A stretch of DNA of 64,000 bases from a virus (taxonomy: Duplodnaviria > Caudoviricetes), in IMG/VR virus record IMGVR_UViG_3300025723_000032, positions 3,368-67,367 of that record, one strand, 5' to 3'. The translations under genes and the position numbers were made by a program. This document shows positions 10,818-18,519 of this stretch, piece after piece. The stretch's first letter is position 1, and every line of letters begins with the position of its first letter. The notes beneath the pieces were generated by a model. That model worked only from the letters and a program-made list of their open reading frames with translations, was not told the DNA's origin and made no database searches.

Positions 10818-11283
10818 CGAAATCGAGGTGAGGGTGTGGGCCATCGTGGTGTTGGCCATCACCGCTATTCTATTTTTCATTGTTGTTGCGCTTTTGTATT
10901 CGGTTACTTTTGTGGTGCAACCGATCAAAGCAATGGCCCCCATCGATCAAGCCTACACCAAGATGCTAAACGATATTGTTTTGCTAATCGTGGGCGCAAT
11001 TGGGGGTGTGGCGGGCAAGAAAGTGGCGGGCGGCGTTGCGGGCACCATAGGGGCTATAAAACAAGCCACAAGCCCACAGATTCCCATGATGGGCGGTTGT
11101 TATGGAATGCCCCAAGCAATGCCCCAAAGCGGCCAAGCATTCGGCGCTATGCCAACGTTTACCAACCCGAGGTTTGATGAATCGTGGGTGCCGCCGCCGC
11201 CGCCATCGGGGCCGCCGGTGTTGGAGGATGAGGAGGAGCGGGAAAGAATGGCGCACGCAAGGGATAGCACCAAAAATGTTTGA
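10798..11283 (+). CDS. Two-TM membrane protein (holin candidate), probable TTG start
   Basis: GGAG...AGG RBS then TTG at 10798; two hydrophobic helices and a Pro/acidic tail; conserved at 45468. Confidence 0.6.
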   Translation: MNKLTSDEIEVRVWAIVVLAITAILFFIVVALLYSVTFVVQPIKAMAPIDQAYTKMLNDIVLLIVGAIGGVAGKKVAGGVAGTIGAIKQATSPQIPMMGGCYGMPQAMPQSGQAFGAMPTFTNPRFDESWVPPPPPSGPPVLEDEEERERMAHARDSTKNV

Positions 11284-11845
11284 TTTTTTTGCACATCTTT
11301 TGCATTATTTGGCTTTATTTGCGCTAATTCTAGGATTTGGCGCGTATGCAATTAGCTATTTAGTGGGATTTTTGCCCATGCTAAAGCCCCACGCGTTGAT
11401 CATTCAAGTGGTGGGAATTGTGTTGATTGTTTTAGGGGGATATTATGTTGCGGATGAAACTGGCTATAACCGCCGTGTTGCGGAGGATCAAGCAGAAATT
11501 GACAGACTTAATGGAGAGGCTAGGGCCAAAGAAGCCGAATTAACGGCCAAGATTGACAAGGCCAATGGTGCTTTAAGAAAGGCAAAAAATGACATTCAAG
11601 CCAAAGTGGTTAGTCTTAACGCCCGCGTTGATTCTGGCGAATTGCGCCTCCCCTCCGGTTGTTCCCTACAAGCCGATTCAGGTGCCGCCGATGGAAATCA
11701 AACCGATGCAAGCCAATCTAACAGACAGGCTACTAAAGATATTATCGCCATCGCCGCCGATGGTGACACCGCCATCACCAACCTCAACGCCTGCATTGCC
11801 CAATACAACCAAGTGATGCAAATAGTAAATGCGGGGGTGAAATGA
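11276..11845 (+). CDS. Rz: Inner-membrane spanin (Rz-like)
   Basis: N-terminal TMs, coiled coil, ADGDTAITNLNACIAQY C-terminus; contains nested lipoprotein gene; adjacent to endolysin. Confidence 0.8.
   Translation: MFDFFAHLLHYLALFALILGFGAYAISYLVGFLPMLKPHALIIQVVGIVLIVLGGYYVADETGYNRRVAEDQAEIDRLNGEARAKEAELTAKIDKANGALRKAKNDIQAKVVSLNARVDSGELRLPSGCSLQADSGAADGNQTDASQSNRQATKDIIAIAADGDTAITNLNACIAQYNQVMQIVNAGVK
11589..11816 (+). CDS. Rz1: Outer-membrane spanin lipoprotein (Rz1-like), nested in Rz
   Basis: Signal peptide ending LILANC, Pro-rich mature part, alternate frame inside Rz, conserved at 46259. Confidence 0.8.
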   Translation: MTFKPKWLVLTPALILANCASPPVVPYKPIQVPPMEIKPMQANLTDRLLKILSPSPPMVTPPSPTSTPALPNTTK

Positions 11846-12435
11846 TTAGTGCCGAAAAGTTACACGCATTAGGGATTGCGCCGGAGTGGTCTGAGCCGTT
11901 GACAACAACGTTTGTCAAATTTGGCATGAATACGCCAAAAGAACAAGCCGCGTTTATTGGCCAAGCAAGCCACGAATCGGGGCATTTTAGGCTATTGGAG
12001 GAAAACTTAAATTACCGTGCCGAAACCCTAATGAAACTATGGCCTAAGCGGTTTCCAACAATGGATGATGCCAATAAATACGCAAGAAACCCACAATTGA
12101 TTGCCAATCATATTTATAGCAATCGGATGGGGAATCGGGATGAACAAAGCGGGGATGGGTTTCGTTTTCGCGGCCGTGGGCTTTTTCAGTTAACCGGCCA
12201 CGATAATTATTGGCATTGCGGAAAGGCATTAGGCCAAGATTTTGTGATGAATCCGGATTTAATCGCCACACCGATGTTTGCCGCGCTATCGGCCGGATGG
12301 TTTTGGGAAACGCACGGGTGTGGTAAATTGGTTGATAACGCGGAAACATTGTGCAAAAGAATCAATGGCGGTTTGATTGGCCTACAAGATAGAATCGCCC
12401 AATCGGCAAAAGCATTACAGGTTTTAGGAGGATAA
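11842..12435 (+). CDS. Endolysin, glycoside hydrolase family 19 (chitinase-like)
   Basis: FIGQASHESG...EENLNY and FRGRGLFQLTGHDNY motifs. Confidence 0.9.
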   Translation: MISAEKLHALGIAPEWSEPLTTTFVKFGMNTPKEQAAFIGQASHESGHFRLLEENLNYRAETLMKLWPKRFPTMDDANKYARNPQLIANHIYSNRMGNRDEQSGDGFRFRGRGLFQLTGHDNYWHCGKALGQDFVMNPDLIATPMFAALSAGWFWETHGCGKLVDNAETLCKRINGGLIGLQDRIAQSAKALQVLGG

Positions 12436-12436
12436 G

Positions 12437-12661
12437 ATGGCAACGAATTTTAAATTCACCAAAGGCGAAACTAAACACGAAATGGATAAACATTTTGTGG
12501 TTAAAAAGGAATGGCAAAAAGAGCGTGAGCACGTTATGCGGATTGAAAAAGAATTAAAAAAGCATGAAAAAACGGATATTTCACACGCACACCCTAGCCA
12601 TTCGCATGATGCGGGGATGAAACAACCAAGCGCACCATTGCCCAATATGCGTAAGGGCTAA
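12437..12661 (+). CDS. Conserved hypothetical His/Lys-rich protein
   Basis: 74 aa, highly conserved at 47111. Confidence 0.7.
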   Translation: MATNFKFTKGETKHEMDKHFVVKKEWQKEREHVMRIEKELKKHEKTDISHAHPSHSHDAGMKQPSAPLPNMRKG

Positions 12662-12990
12662 CGATTTAAATACAGATCGGTTAGTGGCACGCCTTTGGGC
12701 CATTGGTTAGTAATTTGTAGATAGTGTATGGTTTGAATGTGCGCTAGATACCACGCGTGCATTCTTTCCGCCTTTGTCATAAGATGGCCGCTATCAATTT
12801 CTTGATGGCAAGGTTGGCAAAGCGCGGCAACATAATTATCGGATGCCTTAATCCCGCGGCCCTTGCCGCCGTGCCAATTAGAATGCGCGGCCTGAGATTC
12901 GTGGTGACCACACCGTTGACAAGACATCGCCGCCACTACTTTTAATAAGGATTTGTTGCGAATGTAATTCATCTTTGGATATGATTTCAC
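12658..12990 (-). CDS. DUF968-like HNH-type Zn-binding protein (GTG start inferred)
   Basis: CxxC...AAHSN...KASD...ALCxxCHxEID motif; homologue at 47332. Confidence 0.65.
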   Translation of the reverse strand: MKSYPKMNYIRNKSLLKVVAAMSCQRCGHHESQAAHSNWHGGKGRGIKASDNYVAALCQPCHQEIDSGHLMTKAERMHAWYLAHIQTIHYLQITNQWPKGVPLTDLYLNR

Positions 12991-13102
12991 GGGTGCTATA
13001 TCGGTGCCCGCCTTTGCATTCATATCGCCGCCGCTTGGATTCATCATCATTGGTGCGTGTTTCTAGTATTTTTCCGATTAATCCACAGGTGGGGCATTTC
13101 AT
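12878..13102 (-). CDS. Zn-ribbon protein (NrdR-N/Ogr-like)
   Basis: MKCPTC...ETR...RRRYEC..GHRYSTRE; conserved at 47552-47776. Confidence 0.6.
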   Translation of the reverse strand: MKCPTCGLIGKILETRTNDDESKRRRYECKGGHRYSTREIISKDELHSQQILIKSSGGDVLSTVWSPRISGRAF

Positions 13103-13425
13103 TCGTGTGACCTTATCCCAAGGCGCTCGGATGCCTCCCTTGTGCGCCAAATATCAATCGATAGCCTCGATGCCTCTAGCTGATATTTTAGCGTCTCCTC
13201 CGTCAACACCGCGTTTTCCAAGTCTTCAATTAATCCCAAATATTCCGGATCACATAGCGCCTCCCTTTCCTGCGCCGCTATTTGCGTGAATTCACCGGCA
13301 ACGGATCGCATACAAATGGCTTTGGCACTTTTTAACTTTAATTCGCACCCAATCCGAATGGATTTGGCCTTTGCATACGCCGTTGCGTTGTCATAGATAA
13401 ACTGTGCGTGTCTTTCAGGTGTCAT
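13099..13425 (-). CDS. Conserved hypothetical phage protein
   Basis: 108 aa, strongly conserved at 47773. Confidence 0.7.
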   Translation of the reverse strand: MTPERHAQFIYDNATAYAKAKSIRIGCELKLKSAKAICMRSVAGEFTQIAAQEREALCDPEYLGLIEDLENAVLTEETLKYQLEASRLSIDIWRTREASERLGIRSHE

Positions 13426-13522
13426 TCGATAATTCCTCTATCACCGCCCAAGTGGCGATCAAAATCATTAATAACGCAATTGATCCTAGAAAAAGCATAA
13501 GAATAATCAGTAAAGTATTCAT
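13415..13522 (-). CDS. Small single-TM protein (35 aa, not in ORF track)
   Basis: MNTLLIILMLFLGSIALLMILIATWAVIEELSNDT; homologue at 48089-48196; coupled overlaps. Confidence 0.6.
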   Translation of the reverse strand: MNTLLIILMLFLGSIALLMILIATWAVIEELSNDT

Positions 13523-13938
13523 TCCGTCTCCCTTATCAACACCTCTATGTGCGGATCGCCATATCGCTTAGCCACAAACAAATTAACGATTTGGCTATCA
13601 GATACAAAAATCACACCATTGCAAGCATCTAACGCGCTTTTGGCCACGTTATCGATATCCGGCTTTTTAATTGGCTTTTCCAAGCCGTTTAAACACGATT
13701 CCTTGCGTTTTTTAGAATAGCTTGATGGGATGGCCAAGGATATGTAAACAAACGCGTCTAACGCCGTTGTAAGCGGCATTGATGCGCCCATTGATTTTTG
13801 TGCCGCCAATCGAATTATGCTTTCATAGGATAGCGTTTTAGCATCGGTGTATGCCCTAACAAATCCGCCTTGGCGTGTAAAGCGTGGGCGGCCCTTTCCG
13901 TGCGGTTGGCCATCAACCCGAAATGTCACATGAAACAT
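13519..13938 (-). CDS. rusA: Holliday junction resolvase RusA-like
   Basis: GKGRPRF and KKPDIDNVAKSALDACNGVIFVSDSQIV catalytic motif. Confidence 0.9.
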   Translation of the reverse strand: MFHVTFRVDGQPHGKGRPRFTRQGGFVRAYTDAKTLSYESIIRLAAQKSMGASMPLTTALDAFVYISLAIPSSYSKKRKESCLNGLEKPIKKPDIDNVAKSALDACNGVIFVSDSQIVNLFVAKRYGDPHIEVLIRETE

Positions 13939-14089
13939 TTAATTCATCCATTCTTTGTTTAATTGCTATTCCCAATCCCTTAAACATTCCGGTTGGATCG
14001 TTTTCCAACTCTTTCACGCGTTGCCTAACGTAATCAATCCAACCGGGCTTAAGTGCTAAACGCGCGTAATGTTCAACCGGATCAAGCAT
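13913..14089 (-). CDS. Small conserved protein (58 aa, not in ORF track)
   Basis: MLDPVEHYARLALKPGWIDYVRQRV...; homologue at 48593-48760. Confidence 0.65.
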   Translation of the reverse strand: MLDPVEHYARLALKPGWIDYVRQRVKELENDPTGMFKGLGIAIKQRMDELNVSCDISG

Positions 14090-14792
14090 TGTTTTTGATC
14101 ATTTTAAATTTTGCTTTCACATCATCGGGCATGGCCACGGCGTTTTTAGCATCGTTTTCTAACTTAATCAGGATTGGATCGCGCCCAATCGTGCTAGGCA
14201 CCGTTTGGTGAATAACATCAACTTTTGGCAAAACCCATTCGGCTTTGAATGTTGACCAACCACGCTCACAACAAATCTTGATCACCTCATCTATGGTCAA
14301 GTTGGCTTTGGCCGCCTCCGCCTGAATTGATGCGATCAATGTTTCGGTTAGTGTTTTGTTTTTGGCTTTTAAAACTTTTTCAAAATCCGTATATATATGG
14401 TTATTGGTTACTGGTTCTTGGTTATTGGTTGCTATTGGGGTGGCATTGGGGGGGCTATGGGGTGGCCATAGGGGGGCTATGGGGGGGCTATTCCAACGTT
14501 TAGCCGCACCACGTTTACCGGCGTTACTTAACTCACGATATTTTGCAATTTCCTCATCCGCCCGCGGGTGAATATATCCATCGGGTGTATCGTGAAAAAA
14601 TTCATTTAAAACGGAAAGAACATCTTGTTCGTATTCAAGCATTCCAATTTGCCTAGCAATATTTCTTTGCTTAATCGGCGCTTCATGTAAATAGTAATGA
14701 TCAAGCAAACGCCGAAAAGCTATATCTTCAATGATCGTTAAATGATGGGTGTGGGATTTGTAATCCCCAATATGGAAATTGTAATAGTGCAT
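14082..14792 (-). CDS. Replication initiator-like protein, DUF1376/YdaU family
   Basis: MHYYNFHIGDYKSHTHHLTIIEDIAFRRLLDHYYLHE N-terminus; internal iteron-like repeats. Confidence 0.8.
   Translation of the reverse strand: MHYYNFHIGDYKSHTHHLTIIEDIAFRRLLDHYYLHEAPIKQRNIARQIGMLEYEQDVLSVLNEFFHDTPDGYIHPRADEEIAKYRELSNAGKRGAAKRWNSPPIAPLWPPHSPPNATPIATNNQEPVTNNHIYTDFEKVLKAKNKTLTETLIASIQAEAAKANLTIDEVIKICCERGWSTFKAEWVLPKVDVIHQTVPSTIGRDPILIKLENDAKNAVAMPDDVKAKFKMIKNNA
14401..14492. repeat. Iteron-like repeats, probable origin inside the initiator gene
   Basis: Repeated GGGGGGCTAT and GGGGTGGC units next to a TTATTGGTT/CTGGTT repeat; lambda O-type arrangement. Confidence 0.6.
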
Positions 14793-14794
14793 AT

Positions 14795-14894
14795 AACCTT
14801 ACGTTTTTCGGTTTGCGTTAAAAAGAAAACATCGGCAGGACGGTAACGAATCGTCTTTTCGGGAGCTACCCTAGCCGCGTTTCAAATCATTATA
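14795..14894 (-). ncRNA. Structured leader upstream of the initiator gene
   Basis: Extended -10 TGaTATAAT (14889-14897), then CGGCtAGG/CCTGCCG outer stem with GGG/CCC and GACG/CGTC inner stems and a T-rich tail. Confidence 0.45.
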
Positions 14895-15053
14895 TCAACT
14901 AAACAAAAACCATTCCGGATGTAAAAGTTGTAATTGCCACACACGGGCCATAGGGATTTCAACCCATTGGCTAACCGCGCCCCTAGTTATTCCAAGGATA
15001 CGCGCCAATTCCGCCTTTGATCCGGCACATTCGATTGCTTTGTTTAATGTCAT
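14895..15053 (-). CDS. Cro-like HTH regulator (52 aa, not in ORF track)
   Basis: AGSKAELARILGITRGAVSQW...IPMARVWQL helix-turn-helix; homologue at 49181-49336. Confidence 0.85.
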   Translation of the reverse strand: MTLNKAIECAGSKAELARILGITRGAVSQWVEIPMARVWQLQLLHPEWFLFS

Positions 15054-15060
15054 AAGCCAT

Positions 15061-15121
15061 ATTATAGTTTAGTTAAATATACAAATCAACTATTGCATGG
15101 ATGTTTAGTAGGCTATACAAT
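15061..15121. promoter_or_regulatory. Divergent sigma70 promoters
   Basis: Rightward TTGCAT-17-TACAAT (15093-15121); leftward TTGATT-17-TATAAT (15089-15061). Confidence 0.7.
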
Positions 15122-15163
15122 ACACCACAATCCACATATCGTGGTCTTTTTAAGGAAATCAAA

Positions 15164-16150
15164 ATGGATTTATATGGTGTTGATTTATTCGGCGATGTTG
15201 TTAAGCCTAATGCGGAAAGCGTTATTAACCAACGTTTTATATTGCCGCCATTCACAATATTAAATGCCCAATCGGGCGAATGGCAAGAAAGAAAAAGGGC
15301 GTGGATTGCGTTGGGGATTAAATCGGAGGTGGGGCGGGGGGAAAACCTAATGGAATCTAGCGAAAGCACCATTTGGTATCACAACCGGAAAAAATACGCG
15401 CACACATTTAATACAACGGATTGGATCAAAAAGAATGATCTAAGCGGCGGTGCCCAAGGGCTTGGGGCAACATCGGTGTTTGATCCGGTGCTATCGGAAT
15501 TGGCCTACAAATGGTTTTGCCCTTTGGGCGGCTTAGTGGTTGATCCCTTTGCCGGTGGATCGGTGCGGGGGATTGTGGCGGGTGCTATGGGGCGGAATTA
15601 TTGGGGGTGTGATTTAAGGCAAGAACAAATTGATGCCAATATCATCCAAGCCAACGATATTAATACAAAAATTAAGCCCCAATGGGTTTGTGGCGATAGC
15701 ATGGAAACGAAATTGCCGGATGCGGATTTCATCTTTAGTTGCCCGCCTTATGGCGATTTGGAGGTGTATTCGGATCACCCACAAGATTTATCAAACATGG
15801 ATTTCCACGCCTTTCTAGCGGCTTATAGGCGGATTATTTGGCGATCCGTTAGGGCGCTAAAGGATGATTCGTTTGCGTGCTTTGTGGTGGGCGATTTCCG
15901 CGATAAAAAGGGCTTTTATAGAAACTTTGTTAGCGAAACAATTAATGCCTTTGAAATATGCGGGGCACGGCTATATAACGAGGCGATACTAGCGACATCG
16001 GTTGGATCGGCCGCCATGCGCGTGACAAAGCAATTTGAAATAGGCCGAAAGATGGCCAAAGTGCATCAAAACGTTTTGGTGTTTTGCAAGGGCGATTGGC
16101 GCAAGGCAACACAAAAAATCAACGATAGTGAAAAAAACAACAATATTTAA
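15164..16150 (+). CDS. DNA amino-methyltransferase (N6A/N4C type)
   Basis: SAM-binding VVDPFAGGS motif followed by FSCPPYGD catalytic motif; RBS AAGGA before ATG 15164; absent from unit B. Confidence 0.85.
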   Translation: MDLYGVDLFGDVVKPNAESVINQRFILPPFTILNAQSGEWQERKRAWIALGIKSEVGRGENLMESSESTIWYHNRKKYAHTFNTTDWIKKNDLSGGAQGLGATSVFDPVLSELAYKWFCPLGGLVVDPFAGGSVRGIVAGAMGRNYWGCDLRQEQIDANIIQANDINTKIKPQWVCGDSMETKLPDADFIFSCPPYGDLEVYSDHPQDLSNMDFHAFLAAYRRIIWRSVRALKDDSFACFVVGDFRDKKGFYRNFVSETINAFEICGARLYNEAILATSVGSAAMRVTKQFEIGRKMAKVHQNVLVFCKGDWRKATQKINDSEKNNNI

Positions 16151-16185
16151 TTTATTTTAAAAAATTAGGGTTTGTCCTATGTTTA

Positions 16186-16250
16186 GATGTTTAGATGGCT
16201 ATACAATAACAATCATGCCGCAACACATCGTAAGCGGTCTTTTAAGAAAG
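16186..16250 (+). promoter_or_regulatory. Second copy of early promoter core plus leader hairpin
   Basis: GATGTTTAGATGGCTATACAAT matches 15100-15121 at 20 of 22 nt; GCCGC/GCGGT hairpin then CTTTTAAGAAAG. Confidence 0.55.
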
Positions 16251-16257
16251 TAGCAAG

Positions 16258-16482
16258 ATGAAAAAATCATACATTTTAGAAACACAAGACACATTGCAAC
16301 ATTTTGAATACGCAACTGTGCAAGATGCTTTAGATAGCGCCCGTGAATTATTAAAAGGCAATCGCCCTTTTATTATGTTTACATCTAAAGAAAATAAAAC
16401 ACCGGTTTCTTGGAAATACGATGCGCCTTTGAATGTTGAATTCTTAGGTGCCGCGCCCGCACGCAATGGCCAAGATTATTAA
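16258..16482 (+). CDS. Hypothetical protein
   Basis: First ORF after the promoter/leader; coupled to next gene. Confidence 0.55.
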   Translation: MKKSYILETQDTLQHFEYATVQDALDSARELLKGNRPFIMFTSKENKTPVSWKYDAPLNVEFLGAAPARNGQDY

Positions 16483-16685
16483 TGACAAAAGAACAAGCCA
16501 ACCTAATCCTAGATCAAGTGCGGGTTGGCATTCAATATCCCGCACACATCATCAACCAAGCACTAACAATCACAGGTGATTTAAATGGAAAGATACCACA
16601 GAACAACGAAAGACGCATTTCCGAATACTATGGAATATGGGGCTTGCATAGAGAAACCGATTCGCAAGATGTTTACGAAACTTGA
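16482..16685 (+). CDS. Hypothetical protein
   Basis: Conserved at 50509-50712. Confidence 0.55.
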   Translation: MTKEQANLILDQVRVGIQYPAHIINQALTITGDLNGKIPQNNERRISEYYGIWGLHRETDSQDVYET

Positions 16686-16749
16686 ATTGTTTGCATACGC
16701 AATTGCAATTGTTGTCATTATGTTAGATATGTTTGTGTGGAGGCCATGA
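16585..16749 (+). CDS. Small C-terminal TM protein (54 aa, not in ORF track)
   Basis: MERYHRTTKDAFPNTMEYGACIEKP...LDMFVWRP; homologue at 50612-50776. Confidence 0.65.
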   Translation: MERYHRTTKDAFPNTMEYGACIEKPIRKMFTKLELFAYAIAIVVIMLDMFVWRP

Positions 16750-16750
16750 A

Positions 16751-16945
16751 ATGAATAGATTTGAAAACATTGTTAAAAATTGCGATGACGCAATGGCCCA
16801 ATACCAATTCAAAAGCAATTACGCATTTGAAAGCGGATATTACAAATTACAAGTTGAATCACTTTGCAAGGAAATTGAATTTTTGCAACAGGAATTGGAA
16901 TCAACGATTGAGCAAATCAAAGAAATAACAAAGGATTTCGCATGA
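16751..16945 (+). CDS. Hypothetical coiled-coil protein
   Basis: Start corrected to MNRFEN; positional and partial similarity to 50776-50964. Confidence 0.55.
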   Translation: MNRFENIVKNCDDAMAQYQFKSNYAFESGYYKLQVESLCKEIEFLQQELESTIEQIKEITKDFA

Positions 16946-17511
16946 AAAACATTTCAACAGCATTGGTTAAAGCACAAAAGGCATTTAACCCCGCGCTAAA
17001 GCAATCCATCAACCCACACTTTAAATCACGCTATGTTGATTTGGCGGGGTGTGTGGAGGCGGTGATTGATGCGCTAAACGATAACGGAATATTCTTATTA
17101 CAAAAAACCTACGAATGTGCGGATGGCGTGATTGTGGAAACAATCTTTATCCACGAAAGCGGCGAAAGATTGGAATGCGGTATGTTGCATTTCCCCGCCG
17201 TTAAGGCCGATCCACAGGGCTACGCATCGGCATTAACCTATGCGCGGCGCTATTCGCTTATGGCCGCGTGCGGGATTGCACCGGAAGATGATGACGGAAA
17301 CCACGCATCCAAGAAAGTGGAAACAAAGATTGTTAGCCACGTTAATGTTAAAGAATTGGATAAGCTAATCGAAAAGATGCGCCACGCGGAAAATCAGGAA
17401 CAATTAGTGGCATCGTATCGAATAGCATTTCAGGCGTGCCAAAGCGAAAAAGCACACCAAGATCGCGTGATTGCCGTTAAAGACGAAATGAAAGAAAAGG
17501 TGCCCGCATGA
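16942..17511 (+). CDS. erf: ERF-family single-strand annealing protein
   Basis: NPHFKSRYVDL and DPQGYASALTYARRYSLMAACGIAPEDDDGN motifs. Confidence 0.9.
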   Translation: MKNISTALVKAQKAFNPALKQSINPHFKSRYVDLAGCVEAVIDALNDNGIFLLQKTYECADGVIVETIFIHESGERLECGMLHFPAVKADPQGYASALTYARRYSLMAACGIAPEDDDGNHASKKVETKIVSHVNVKELDKLIEKMRHAENQEQLVASYRIAFQACQSEKAHQDRVIAVKDEMKEKVPA

Positions 17512-17657
17512 TGAATAGTGATTACGCCGCGGAAAGCGATTATTGGCGCGAACAAGATGCAATCGAAAACGCGTATCGAAACGAATTGCTAAAGCACCCA
17601 CATTGCCTTGATCCGGATCACCCCGGATGCGAAAAATGCGAGGTTAACGATGATTGA
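17508..17657 (+). CDS. Small Cys/His protein (49 aa, not in ORF track)
   Basis: HPHCLDPDHPGCEKC motif; homologue at 51527-51670. Confidence 0.65.
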   Translation: MMNSDYAAESDYWREQDAIENAYRNELLKHPHCLDPDHPGCEKCEVNDD

Positions 17658-17979
17658 TGAAAGAATCCAAATCATGTTGTATCACGAAAGCCAATTTAGT
17701 GATGAATTCTTTAGTTGGTTTCCGAACAACGAACACATTTACGATGCTTTTCAACACGAAACAATGAAAATCATTCGCAAAGGCTATAAGCACTATTCGG
17801 GGCGCACGATCTTGGAGGTGTTAAGGCACCATTCGGCACTTAGCGAAAATGGGATTTGGAAATTGAACAACAACCACACGCCTTATCTTTGCCGATTGTT
17901 TGCCTTGATGAATCCTAGATATGCGGATATTTTTGAATACCGCACCGTTAAAAAACCCAAATTAAGATTGGCCGAATGA
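17650..17979 (+). CDS. Conserved hypothetical phage protein
   Basis: 109 aa from MIDERIQ, nearly identical to 51663-51992. Confidence 0.7.
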   Translation: MIDERIQIMLYHESQFSDEFFSWFPNNEHIYDAFQHETMKIIRKGYKHYSGRTILEVLRHHSALSENGIWKLNNNHTPYLCRLFALMNPRYADIFEYRTVKKPKLRLAE

Positions 17980-18191
17980 TGAAAAAAGTTAAACAAAAAA
18001 CAAAAGAACAATTGCACGAAGAAATTATGCAATTATTTGTGGGGCAAGAAATGTCAACCACGTTGGCGGCATTGATTGAAACAATGGTTGGTGTGTCAAA
18101 TTTCATGGAAATTGAAAGATACGATGTGATCGATATGGTTGTTGCCGAATTAAACATTTATAGGGATATGGAAAATGAAAACATTGTTTGA
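17976..18191 (+). CDS. Hypothetical protein (unit A only)
   Basis: Coupled overlaps, helical, no counterpart in B. Confidence 0.5.
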   Translation: MMKKVKQKTKEQLHEEIMQLFVGQEMSTTLAALIETMVGVSNFMEIERYDVIDMVVAELNIYRDMENENIV

Positions 18192-18519
18192 TGATCAAAT
18201 TAGAAAAACGGATAGGATATTAAAAAACCTAAATGTGCAATATCTAATCATCACACCCGATGGCCATAGATTTGGAAACATTGAATCGATCCCCCAAAAG
18301 AAAAGATCATTCAAATACAAATGGGGCGAATTGAAAACCTACATATCGCCTTATTTAAACGAATTGTTAACGGGCATTGAAATATGTGTGCCCTATAACA
18401 ATTACGATAAAGACCGGCTATCGGGCGCTATTTGCGGATACGCATCGGATAATTGGGGCGTTGGATCGTATACATACAAGTGCAAGAAAGATGGAATTCA
18501 CATAATGAGGTTACTATGA
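18175..18519 (+). CDS. Hypothetical protein (unit A only)
   Basis: 114 aa, fills the gap before the exonuclease. Confidence 0.55.
   Translation: MKTLFDDQIRKTDRILKNLNVQYLIITPDGHRFGNIESIPQKKRSFKYKWGELKTYISPYLNELLTGIEICVPYNNYDKDRLSGAICGYASDNWGVGSYTYKCKKDGIHIMRLL

Noticed and set aside
11102-11275. Arg-rich N-terminal extensions on Rz (also 45772-45945) and on other ORF-track calls (10774, 18453, 20851, 35608, 49391)
   Set aside because: They overlap the upstream genes; downstream starts with RBS and coupled overlaps fit better and match between units.
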